Assembly (NCBI GenBank): GCA_031835245.2
Contig: JAVKOQ020000013.1
Span: forward strand, 248,001 to 312,000
Source of the DNA: Balamuthia mandrillaris
Lineage: Eukaryota
Length of the DNA: 64,000 bases
Direction of reading: 5' to 3'
Position 1 is the stretch's first letter, and each line of letters begins with the position of its first letter. Position numbers and translations under genes: made by a program. Below are positions 25,290 to 36,800 of this stretch, piece after piece. The notes below the pieces were generated by a model. It worked only from the letters and a program-made list of their open reading frames with translations, had not been told where the DNA came from and searched no databases.

Positions 25290-26908
25290 GAAAGAATCAG
25301 GAAAAAAAGGATATCTTATGATGAGCAAGCTCAACAACCGTCGAGGAGTACAAAACGAGCGGTATGTGAGCAGAAAGTCATCCAAGAGAGTGTAATAGTC
25401 CACCGCATTACGCAAGTTTTTGGCTGAGACAGAAGATTTAAATATTCGTCTCTCGCCGGAGGAGGTGATGCTGCCGTCGCTGCTGTGGCTCCACTCTCCT
25501 GAAAATTCATCTTCCTCATCCACAGGGTACTCATCGGCTTCTTCTTCTCCTTCCTCCTGCAAACTGCCAGAAGTTTTTGCTTCCTTGTGAGAAAACGACG
25601 ATGATGCTACGGATAATGACGATGAGGATGAGTCAGAATCAGAGTCTCGTCTGTGCCTCCTTTCGACAGTTGGTGTTCGAGAGATTGCTGTATTTGGATC
25701 TAATACTTTGTCCGCTTCGAAGAAGGTCAGCTTCTCCACCAACTTCGCCAAGGTAGCAGCATGTATGACAACTCCATTTCCTTTGGTCTCTGTCCACAGA
25801 TTGTCCTCTGAGTCTGGCTCTCCAAACTTGTACTTGTAATAAGTAATGCATGGAATATTGCCTTCCAAGAATGTAAACAAACAAAGGAAGGAAATAGAGA
25901 GAGAGAGAGAGAGAAGCAGATAAATATCAAAGAAAATAACGAAAAAGAGAAAGGTGTCGTACGATCGAGAAGAGCAACCACATCCCTGTGACCTGCCGCC
26001 TCAGCGACATCGCTGGGTGTTCCCTGTAGGCCGAGAATCTCTGGGTCAGCACCATTATGCAACAGAGTATCCACCAACTTTAGGTTGCCAGCTCTAGCCA
26101 CCAAGTGTAAACATGTCTCTTGTTCTCTGTTATTATTTATTGTTATGGTAAATAACAGAGAGAGAGAGAGAATTCTCGCACACAAAACAAAAGGGGGGAG
26201 CACAAGCACAAGCACAAGGCTAAAGTAAACCAAAAGAAGAGATAGAAAGCAAGCGTACGCATTCAAAGCATCGATATCAGCCTTCTGGTCGATAAGGAAT
26301 AGCATCAGCTCTCCGTTTCCTTTCCTCGCGGCAACGTGCAACGGCGTCTCCTTCTTGTCGTTCACCGCATTGACGTCCGCTCCCCTCGCTATCATCTCCA
26401 AAATGCATTCATAAAAGGGAGAGTTTCTCCCCTCTTTCTCCATCTCGTCTGCCGTTTCTTTCTCCCCTCCTTCGCCATGCCTTCCTCCCGCGCTGCACTG
26501 AGCAAACAAGTGCAGCGGCGTGTTCTTGTGTCGATCCGTTTTGCTGACGTCCGCCCCATTCTCCAACAGGAAAGAGATGAGGCGGAAGCGCTCCTCGCTC
26601 TCCCTCTCGTCCTGTTCTTTGGAGGAGTGGTCGGCTGCTTCGTCTTGGTCGTCGGGAGAGCAGGCCACGTGCAGCGGGGTTTGGTCCAGCCTGTCCTCGG
26701 CGTTGACGTTGGCCTGGGTGGGGTACTTCTGGAGGAGGAAGCGGGCCAGGTCGAGGTTGCGCGTCTGGGCGGCGATGTGGAGGAAGGTGCGGCCCTGCTG
26801 GTCGCGGGCGTTGACGCTCTCCCCCTCTTTCCTCAGCAGCTTGGCGAGCTGCTTGAAGGCGCCCTTGTGGGCCAGCGTGTGCAGCGCCGAGGGGTTCGTC
26901 TCTGCCAT
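19058..26908 (-). CDS. Multidomain ankyrin - RasGEF_N - RasGEF(CDC25) - cNMP - GRAM - cNMP - PH - phospholipase D protein, about 2,150 aa, 16 introns
   Basis: All exons join in frame by manual splicing. ANK (TPLHVAA); REM (ATLAKLVEKLT, FLLTYRSF); CDC25 (IAHQLTL, LNNFTGVMEI, IPYL); cNMP x2 (LGEMS, FGEISFL); GRAM (GRLYVSQNYICF); PLD WFVDGEDTF with HKD motifs HHQKIVVVD and HCKLMIVDD...IGSANLNDRS. Confidence 0.88.
25218..25314 (-). other. U12-type (minor spliceosome) AT-AC intron
   Basis: 5' ATATCCTTT, branch TCCTTGAC about 13 nt before the 3' AC; removal gives in-frame LLIIR-FRGPCP. Confidence 0.92.
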
Positions 26909-27527
26909 TTGTTTTTTTTTTTTTTTTTGTGTTTCTTTCCTCCCCCCACCCCCCCAAAAAGTAACTCCTCTTTCCCTTGTTTCTTTCGCTCTTTTCTTTC
27001 TTTGCTACTTACTTTTTTTTTTCGAGCAACAAGCACAAAGTAACCGCGCACTTGTTTCAAAGGAACCTCAATGAAGAACCAACCAACCAAAAAAACTGGC
27101 GAGCGGTGGTAAAGAGGGAGAAAAAAAGAGAGAGAGAGAGAGAGAAGGGGGAACAACCAACGACCGACGTTTAGCTCTGTTGGTGTACCGGCATCCACAC
27201 ACTTGGTTTGGGGTGGTTCAGCTCTGTGGGCCGCAAGCGGGATTGCGTGATCTTCTGCAATCGTTCTTTCCCGCCAATCGCCAGGCGGGAAATGGTCCGT
27301 CGGAAAATTTCGGCATCAAAATGACGTGTCCAGCTGTTGTTATCTTCCCGAAGATCAGATCATCGTGGCGGACCTTCGGAGTTTTGAACACGTCAGCAGT
27401 GAACGGAAGGGAAGGCAGCGCGTATCCCTCCCACTTTTCTATCCGTCCCCCTCATCTCGAAAAAAACAGAGAAGTGTCCCTGGGTTAACCTGTGCCGGCT
27501 TACAGAACCACCTCCGAGTGTATCACC

Positions 27528-27841
27528 ATGCAGAACGACGAAGGAGTGAACGTTGACCTTTACATCCCCCGCAAGTGGTACGTTTCTTTCAAACGTGACA
27601 AATCAATCTGAATTGTTTTGGGGTGGAACTGACTCTTTTCAGCTCCGCCACACACCGTTTGATCACTGCCAAGGATCATGCCAGTGTACAAATCTCCGTC
27701 GGTAAAGTAGACCAAGATGGCAAGCTCACTGGTGAAGTTGAGACCTTTGCTCTGTGTGGATACATTCGCGCCATGGGGGAGGCTGACTCCGCCATGAACA
27801 GACTGGCAAGAGCTAACGGCTACCTTTCCAGGGTGGAATAA
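27528..27841 (+). CDS. RPS21: 40S ribosomal protein S21 (eS21), 1 coding intron
   Basis: [34 protein letters not shown]. Confidence 0.97.
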
Positions 27842-28133
27842 ACAACTGAGCACGACACAAATAAAACAGGTTAACCAAAACTGATCTTTTTGCTCCACAT
27901 TTCTTTCTGTCTTTCCTTTCTCAAATGTTTGGCTCCTGGTTCTATCCTCCTTTTCTCCTCTCTTCACCACGTCCATCCGCCCTTCATCTTCTTTCTACTT
28001 TCTTCTTTCACCTTTCCCACCCTTTCATCTTTTCATGCGTTGGGGAAAAAAGGGGCAAAGGTTTATTACAAAATTTACTCTATTCTCGTTTTTTGTACTT
28101 GCTCAGAAACAAAAATGTCTCATCCATTCAGCA

Positions 28134-31100
28134 CTAATAACTCTTCTCTTGCAACAACCCGTTCTCTTTCTGTGGCGGTGATTGTTGCTGAATGCCTTGC
28201 AACTGGTCAATAAGCTGCATCGTTTGCTTCAACTGTTTCTGCACGTTCGCGAGCTGTTCTCGTCGCACTACCTCACTTGCATCCATCTCCCGGTTCCTCT
28301 GCCAATATTGCCACTGCAATTCCACAAACTCTGACCAGCTCCTTCCTTCGTTCTCTTTTCCTCCTTTTTCTTCTCCCGCCACTAAACTCAACAACGAGTG
28401 TGTGAATGCCACTCGCTCTTGAAGTTGCCCATTGAGTCGATGGCTCTCTGAAAGAGCGCTTTCCAATGTGGCCAACCGCGATGACTGAGAGAAAAACATC
28501 GGAAGAAGCAAGCATAGAACGGAACCCCAAAGCACCAACAGTAAAACATGGCTGATCGTGACGCCGTTGAGGATAGACAACCGTTTGTCCAGCAAGGCTG
28601 AGGATGCAAGGGGAAGAGGCGTGGATGCTGTTGTAGAAGAAGGAATAGAAGGGAGAAGAGAAGAAGAAGAAGGAGGAAGGGCCATAGAATTGGGCGCTGC
28701 TGCTGCAGGGGCTGTAGCTGAAGCCAAAAAAGATGCTGTTGTATCTTTCTCTTTCTCCTTCTCTTTCGCTTTTGTTGCAGTCGTTTTTCTATCAGCAGAC
28801 TTTCTAACCGTTCCTTTGCCCTTCTTCGTAGACTTCTTTCTCGATGCTGTTTTTAGCTTTGAGGAAGAAGAAGCTTTTGAGGTATTAGCTGGCCTACTTT
28901 GTCGCTCCGCTGCTTCCTGTTGCTGCCTGGCAGCAGCAAGTTTGCGCGCTCTCTCCATCCATTCGGGAAAGAACGTCCGCATGCCCTCCAACGAGAACTT
29001 CTCGATCATGCTCTTCATCCAAAAGGACTTGGTGAAGACGACGCGGATGCGAATATTGACGTGGGTGGAGGCATCGTTCTCTCCCGTTGGGGTGAGATGC
29101 CATACCGCCTCCAGGTGGAAAGAATCACCATAGGGTGCATCTTTGGAGACGTTAAGTGTCTCCACGTGCAGGTTTCTTAGCACAAATAAATAAAAAATAA
29201 AAACAAAACAAAAAAGAAAAAACAAAAGTCAGCAGTGCTATGTTTAGTTTTACAAAGAAAGAGAAAGGAAAAGAAGAAACCGTTTGTTTTCGAAGCGTAT
29301 GCGTTGGGTTTGTTCTACGCGAGTACTCTTTGGGCCTGTGCAACAAAAAAAGTGGTGGTTAGATAAGCGAACGAGAGAAAAGAGAACGAGAGAAGCAGAG
29401 AAGAGAGCACCAACCAACAGGAAAGTTCATGGGAACTCGGAAGGTCATCAAACGAGAGGCACAACAACTAGCGCTGTCCTTGGCCCATGGCGTGGTTGTA
29501 AACTCTGTGTACTGCAAACTGCTATAGTGGTCCTCCCAAAAGGAAGTGCCCTCATCGCTCAAAAAGTACTCGTAAAACTTGGAGACAGGAATAGGCAACA
29601 CTTGATTCACTATTTCTTGACCATTGGTTCCTCCAGTGAAGTGGGTGCACTCAGGACCAAGAGGAACATCAATGGGCTTTGCTTCTTGCGGCTGCTCTCC
29701 GGGTTCTACCTCTGCTTCTTCTTCGTCTTCCTCGTCCTCCGAGTCTACCTCATCTTCTTCGTCTTCTTCTCCGCTTCCTCCCACTATGTCTGTTAAGTTA
29801 TCATATAGTTAGAATGTACAGATAAATAAGGAGCCAAACCAAAAACAAAACAAAAAAAAAACCAAAAAAAAAAAAAAAAAAGAGTGAAAGGGAGATAACC
29901 ATCTTCCATCGCAAATTGGCCTTCAGCAGATATTTTTCTTTTAGGAACCTTTGTCGCCCTTTTCGACCTGCTCTTCTTTGACTTTCTTCTAGGATAGGGC
30001 TTCACCCGTTTCATAGGTAATTGATCCGACCTTGCTCCCACATTCGGGCTTGCAACGCTAGAAGCCTGAACCGTCAACACATCGTTCGCAGAGGACTCCA
30101 CCATCTCCCTACGCGTGGGGCTCATCCTTCGCTCATCGGGAGGAGAGATGGAAGTCTCCGATGGCACATTGGATGCAGCCTCCTCATAGTCGGAGGGAGA
30201 GGGAGAAAGAGGATGATCCACCAGGTCTTCGCTCTTCCAATTTCTGGTGGGAGAGAGAGACTTTGCAGCGGAAGGAGGTGAGCCGCGTTGTTGTTGTTGT
30301 TGTTCTAGAGTCGAAGAGGCAGCTTGGACAGCAATCGGAGAGGAAGTTGATCGATGCAACTCGCGTTCTTTTTTCGATGCAGCAGTTGTAGGAACAGCGG
30401 AGGAGGAAGAGGAAGAAGGGGCAGCAGCAGAAGTCCAATCCTCTCCTACATACTCTCCGATCGTTTCCATGACTTTGTTCAGTGGCCAAGGTGCGGATTG
30501 CCGAAAACTAGCACGGCTCAGGTAGCTTTCGCTCTTGACCTTGTTGAGAGCGGGAGATTTTGTTGGTGTGGTAGTTTGTTGCTGTGCTTCTTGCGGAACG
30601 GCAAACATCACCTTTTTTTCAGAGGCGTCCTTGTGATCAGTGGAGGAGCGAGTCAAGCGAGAGCTGCTCGGAGGCGAAGGGGATTTCTCCACAGACCCAG
30701 ATCGTTGTCTTGTAAGTGTTTGTTTTAATGCGCTAAATTTTGACTTTCTATCTGTCCTGCTTTCTTCTTCTTCTTCTCCTTGTCCTCCTTGTTCTCGTTG
30801 CACCCCTTTTTCGTTACCATCCTCCTTCTCGTCTTCTTTGTCGTCATTTTCTCCCTCTTCCTCTTCTTCTTCGTCAGTAGCAGATGAAGAAAAAGAGGAG
30901 GCATCTTCATCGTCCGTGTTGTCCGTAGTTTCGCTTCCGTCTTTGTAGCTCTGATCTTCGTCGGAACCAGGCAAGTGCTCTTGCTCCGTTTGCTCTTTAG
31001 AAAAGGTAGTCAAGGGCTGACGCTTTGCACCCTCCCAAAGCGCAGTGATGAGATTGTAGGCTTGATCGCGGTGAAGGAAGGAAGCGAAGAGGGCTTTTTG

Positions 31101-32440
31101 CGATTTGGTAACAAACTCGATGGCGTTGGGAAATACAAGAGCAGTGTTACGCTTTGATATTTTAAGCACTTGGTCGAAAGGGAGTATTATCTGCATGTTT
31201 TGTATTTGTAAGTGAAGGAGAGAAGAGATATAGGAAACGAGAGAAAGGGGACGGGAGAATGAGAAAGAGAAAGAAAGTGAAATATGTGGCATCCATGGAT
31301 AAATCTCATTCCACAAGGAGTGTTGGCTTTTTCTCGAGCCAGCAAAAGAGATAAGTTGTTTCGTCATGATGCACAAAGAATTTTTCAAAAAAAAAATTGC
31401 TATGCTTTTGTTGTTATATGGCCGGTGCAAACCACAAAAGCACATAGTTTCGCTTTCACGGGTTCGTGAGGCCAAAGAGAGAATAGAAAGAAAAGGGACG
31501 ACGAGAGAGAGCAAGAGCAAGAGCAAGAGCAAGAGCAAGAGCAAGAGCAAGAGCAAGAGCAAGAGCAAGAGCAAGAGCAAGAGCAAGAGCAAGAGCAAGA
31601 GCAAGAGCAGAGAGGAGGTGGAGGAGAGAAAGCGAGAAAGCGAGAAAGCGAGAAGAGCAGCGAAAGAAAGAAGTGGAAGGAGGTGAAAGAAGAGGAAGGA
31701 AAGGGATAACATACCCTGGTCTTTTTAAATATCTGAGAATGAAAGCATGCAAAGTTTTTTGAAACATACATTCTGCCATGGTACAGCATGCCCTCTTTGT
31801 TGTATGCGCAAGAGTAATCTATATTTCGACCGTAAACGTGAGAGTCAGCAAATAAGATGGAGAAAAGAGTGAAGATCAAGCAGCAGAGAACAGGAGAGGA
31901 GAATCAAAAAGAGTGAAGCAAAGAGAAAGTAGGAGAGAACGTGAGAGAGAACGAAAGAGAGAGACCATTCAGAAGGGATTCCGTAGCAGGAACATCAAAA
32001 AGCAACAGAAACTCGTCCTGTTTCTTCGAAGTGGTCACTACGCCATTGCCCTCTTCCTCATCTTCAATAGAGTCCGAAGACGGATCCTTTCCCTGCAGTA
32101 CTTGTTCTGGTTGTTGTTGCTGATCTCCCCCTCCTCCAGCAGATGGCAAAGAAGGAGAAGAAGAAGAAGGAGATGGAGATGAAGAAGAAGAGGAGGAAGA
32201 AGAAGAGCGAGAAGGAGGAGAAGCTTCAGCGCTGTTGTTGTGGCCTTTGCTTGACGAAGGAAAAAGAAGAGCAGCAGCTGCGTCTACGCTGTGGTTGCTG
32301 TTTGTCTGTAGCTCATCGTCATCCTTGGCTGCTTCCTCTTCCTCTTCCCGATGCGAGGAAGAAGGAGGAGGAGATACCGCACCAAGAGGGTCGCGCGAGA
32401 GACGAACAGAAGAAGAAGGCTGTTGTGTTTCACTGGCCAT
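28134..32440 (-). CDS. GRAM plus VASt (StARkin) sterol-transfer protein, GRAMD1/Aster/Lam family
   Basis: YSCAY...HGRMYVSKNFACFHS and KRNTALVFPNAIEF (GRAM); DAPYGDSFHLE and FTKSFWMKSMIEK (VASt); C-terminal TM helix and coiled coil. Confidence 0.88.
31508..31608. repeat. (GAGCAA)n hexanucleotide microsatellite, intronic
   Basis: About 16 tandem units. Confidence 0.95.
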
Positions 32441-33094
32441 GTGGGTAGACCTCCAAAAAAAAGTAAAAGCAAAGAAAAGAGAGAAGAAAAAAAGAGTCGC
32501 TGGCAGTGATCTACACAGTGGTGGAGGGAGGAAGGGGGAGGGGTATTAAAAATATTACAAGTGGAGGGAGGAAAAGTATGAAAAAAAAAAAGAGAGAGAG
32601 AGAGAGAGAAAGAAGAGGAAGAGAAAGGGAAAAAAAAAGCAAAGAGGGGGGTGGTTGTCGGTCGACCGTTCGATGAAATGAACTAAACGAGTATTAAAAA
32701 AAATATGTATAACAAAAAGGTGTTTCTGAAGAAGAGAAGAGGCTTATTTTTTTGGGTGCTGCTCACCGCTTTTCTGCTTCAGTGGTGGGAGATCTCCAAT
32801 AAAACTCCTTTTGGTGCGCTGCTGGATAAGAGAGAGAGAGAGGAGAGATCTTCGTGGTTTTGTAGAATGACAGAAAAGAAATGGTAAGGGCCAAAAGGGC
32901 AGCAAACCAAGTCCTTGCGCTTTCCTGCTGCATTACGCAGGGGAAACTGGTGTCGACACGGACCGCTACCACAACGAACCATTTCGCGTCGGTCATGGAG
33001 AAGAGATTCTTTGCAGCGGCCCTTTTCGTGTCGTCTTGATTTATTTAGCTACTTTCGTGACGTCACGAAAGGGTGAAGCTGGAAAAAAAAAACA

Positions 33095-33358
33095 ATGAAA
33101 CAAAAGATGACCAAAGAGCCACAACTACAACAACAACGGCGGTATCGTTTAGGGCCCTGGGTTGCTGTGGGGGCGTTGGTTTTCACGCTGAGCACCATCT
33201 ACGGGATCCATTGGTGGGAGGGCGTGTTGATCGAACGGAGACAGCGAGGGGTGAGGGAGTACCTGCGGCAGCGGAGCGAGCAGAAAAAAGCAAACCACAG
33301 CCACCTGCCATCTGCTGCAGATAATGGCGAAAGCGCAGCGGACAACTTAAAAGAGTGA
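33095..33358 (+). CDS. Small single-TM protein, PET117-like cytochrome c oxidase assembly factor
   Basis: FTLSTIYGIH...RRQRGVREY resembles the PET117 pattern TxxxVxGVH...xRxGVxxD. Confidence 0.5.
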   Translation: MKQKMTKEPQLQQQRRYRLGPWVAVGALVFTLSTIYGIHWWEGVLIERRQRGVREYLRQRSEQKKANHSHLPSAADNGESAADNLKE

Positions 33359-33440
33359 TTTACATACAAAAAAGAAAGAAAAGGATTCAAAATCGTGAAA
33401 ACAATAAAATCTTAACATCAACGTTTTCATATTCTTTTCT

Positions 33441-33657
33441 TCATTGTTGTCTTTTTTGCTCCAACCAATCTAAACCTTCATGCAGCCCTTCTCCTTGAAC
33501 AGCACATGAAGTTTGGATAAGGTAGCAGTTGGGTATGGACTGCAACTCCAACTTTTTGGCTATTTCTGCTACCTGTGCGCTCATGGCGAAAGGCATGTCT
33601 TGCTTGTTGGCCAACATGAGAAGAAGAGTGTCCCGCAGCTCTGCGGCCTGGAAGATC
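33441..33657 (-). pseudogene. Orphan C-terminal exon of an Arf-family GTPase
   Basis: [17 protein letters not shown]...[19 protein letters not shown] after a CAG acceptor; no P-loop exons found upstream. Confidence 0.7.
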
Positions 33658-33722
33658 TGCAGCAAGGGAGAACGCTATATCAATCTGGGTTTTATAACAC
33701 GAAGGAACTTTTCCCAACAGCT

Positions 33723-33794
33723 TCCCTTGTGGTGTAGTCGGTAACACTTGTGGTTTTCACCCACACACCCCGGGTTCGATTCCCGGCAAGGGAG
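33723..33794 (+). tRNA. tRNA-Glu(TTC)
   Basis: Acceptor stem TCCCTTG/CAAGGGA, anticodon arm TGTGG-TTTTCAC-CCACA, T-loop GGTTCGATTCC, downstream T7 terminator. Confidence 0.95.
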
Positions 33795-33849
33795 TTATTT
33801 TTTTGCAATGGTACCCATCATTTCTTTGGAAATATTATTCAAAATAGAA

Positions 33850-36800
33850 AACAAGTAGGAAAAAAAAAACATATCAAGGGTCCAAGCAGCTTGCCACAAT
33901 CTTTTTTTTTTAACCTTGCACTTTCATGTTTTTCCATACAAATGCATTAATACAGAGATCAAGAAGGACCTCTGTCATTGCTTTAAAGTATACTAAGGAA
34001 AAGGAAAAAAGAGAGAAGAGGGCACAAACATGAGGAGTCTTAAGATAAGTGTTGATTACTTTACTAACAAGAGGAAACACAAGAAATAGATGGAAAAGAA
34101 TATAAAGTGAAGGTCATCAAGAATGTAAGAAATGAAGTGGAGTACTTTGTTAAATAGAAAAGATACACTCTACAGCACAACTATTGGATGAAAGAATAAA
34201 ATTTGAATTGTGATAACCTTTTGATAGAGTTTTTGAGGCAACAACAAAACAGCAACAACAAGAAAAGCAAACATGCAAAGGGCAAGGAGAAAGAAGTTGA
34301 TTAAAACATAATGTGACTGAAGAAGAAGTGAGAGTGGAGAAGATCCATAAGAACCCTTAACATCAAGCATTAAGTGTCTTGAAAGTAAAGAAGGACATCA
34401 CATGGCATGATCTCAGTCTGCTCAATATGGATGATTTCAGCTAGCCAATCAATGGAATCTCTAAGTATTGTGTTACTCAAGGAGTTGGAAAAACAAGAAA
34501 AAAGGAGAGAATAATAGAATTAAAGAGAAAAGCTGTATACATGAAACAAGTTTTTTTAATAAGAGCAAATCAACCACTTATATAGCAAACAACAACAGAA
34601 GTTCAATGGGCTCAAGTGTTACTATGTAGCCAGGAAGAGAAATGAAGAACATTAACATCTACTGGAACAGCAACAACAAACAGCAGTTGCGGATCTGGAG
34701 TATGCTGCACATGAACAAGACCTAGAGCCTGAGTTGGAAAAGAAACAGACGCCTTCCATGGAGGTTCCATCTAGTCCTGCTGAGCCGCCATCTCCTTGCC
34801 ACTCTCAAGCCAATCACAAGGCCTTCTCAGACAATGAGCAGGCCTGCTTTGCAATGCAACAAGCTCAATGCTTGACTAGCACAGAGGATGCACCAAAACT
34901 TACAAAGTGGTCCTTACTTGTCATGGCATTGCTGTTTATCAACCTTCTATAGACACCATCTATCAAGCTACTATAGAGAGTGGGATCTGACTATACTACG
35001 ATTCGTCTGTTGGTAGAGTCCAAAGACCTCTAGGTAGGAATTGGTTGTTGGCAACTGCCAACATAACCAACTCTTTCTTCGTTTCTTTTCTCTTTTCTGT
35101 CGACAATCTCACGTCAGCTATCATCGATCTTTTATGTCGACACCGAGCCATTCCGAAGATCTTTCTCCTGCCTTCCCTGGAACTTTCCCGAGCCTAGAAC
35201 TTAAGAACAAAGAAACCAAGAAGTCACTCTCCAACCCCGAGCCCCTTTCCTTCCTTGGTTGCCTTCTCAACTATAAATACTTTTCCCACAACCAAGAACA
35301 CACGAACGAAAAAACGAAGAAACAACACACTCACAAACACACTTGTTTTTCTTCCTCTCATTAAATATGTTTGGCTCCCGTCTTTCTCTTGGTTCCTGTC
35401 TTAGTTCTATGCTCAGGTTCTAACAGCTTTAGTGAAGAATGGTTGGAGTCTATGATATATAATGGAGCTTGATGCTTGGGTCGCCCACAACCTCTTGAAG
35501 TCTGTGATGAAGATGAACTTTCATCATCATGTTGAGAAGTTTTGTATTCACAGAGGTTACTTCTCTTATATTGCTTTTCCTGACTTTGCTTTGTATGATC
35601 TTCTTCAGCATTTCATCTTTTTCTTCATTTTTGTTTACTTCATTATCCTCCCCCTCTTCATCATTCCCTTTCTTTGCCTGATTATCTTCTAGGTCTTCCT
35701 CTTTTTCCTGATTTTCTTCCTCTTCTTTTTTGTCTTCTTTTTCTTTTTTCACTTACTTAGCTTTCTTTGGATGTGATGTTGTGTGTTTTACTTTGAAGAG
35801 GTAGTTGTTGAGTGGTTGTTCATGACAATACAAGTCAACATCAAAAAAGTAAAGCATATCTGTTGTCAAAAGCATGGCTTACTACCTTCATTGATTCCAT
35901 TGGAGAGCATATGCCCAATGAGGATACCATCTACATGCATGTTTTTCTCACTCAAGAGTCCATTTATGAAGACATAACTGCCATATCAGAAACTGGACAT
36001 TTTATTTCTTATTCTGGTTTTTGTGTGCTTCTTAAACACATTTTGCTAATGTTCACTTTCCTAAGGTATGTTTGTCACAGAACCATCACCTTTTCTCTTT
36101 CTTGTTTTTTGTTATGTAGCTGAGTGTCACTCTTTCTTTGGCCATTTATCAAGTAGATTACCTGCCTTGACAAGTGTGATACCTATTGTAAGCTGGTCTC
36201 ATTATTCAAAACAGATACTGACTGAAGGCAACTATCTTTGCAACGAGCTCAACATTTACAATTCATTCAATGTCACAAAGAAGACTACTATGCTTGTCAT
36301 GCAGAAGCCAAAGCCTCTCCAGCATTGATTATGTCTCTAATTCTGGATTGCACAGAGGATATTCCACTTTCTCTTCTTCATATTCCTCCCAAGGCCTGGA
36401 ATAACCATAAGCATCTAGAACTAAAGTGTTTTAGAATCATCAACTATTCAATATGTAAACAATATTTATGGCATCACTTTGAACCATTTTCCAATGATGT
36501 TAACATGATTATATCCCATCTTTAGTTTCATAAAATACCTTTATTTGGGGTCCTATTTACCTTATATCCACTTCTCAAATTGTCACTACTATTCAACAAC
36601 AAATAGAGTTATTCCCTTAAATTATTTTCCTTGTTACTTTTTCTCTTGAAAATATAAGATCTTTATTATGAAGTATCTATATAAATCATTTTTAAATTAT
36701 TTTATATTTGAATTATTTTGCCCAAAAAAATATTAATATTTGTTAGTTGAATCCAACCTTAGGAAGGAAAGAGTTGGTGACAAGACAAGAAGTGTATTCA

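Noticed and set aside
31366..31879. ORFs with poly-L, poly-SK, poly-SC and poly-AL
   Set aside because: Translations of an intronic GAGCAA microsatellite.
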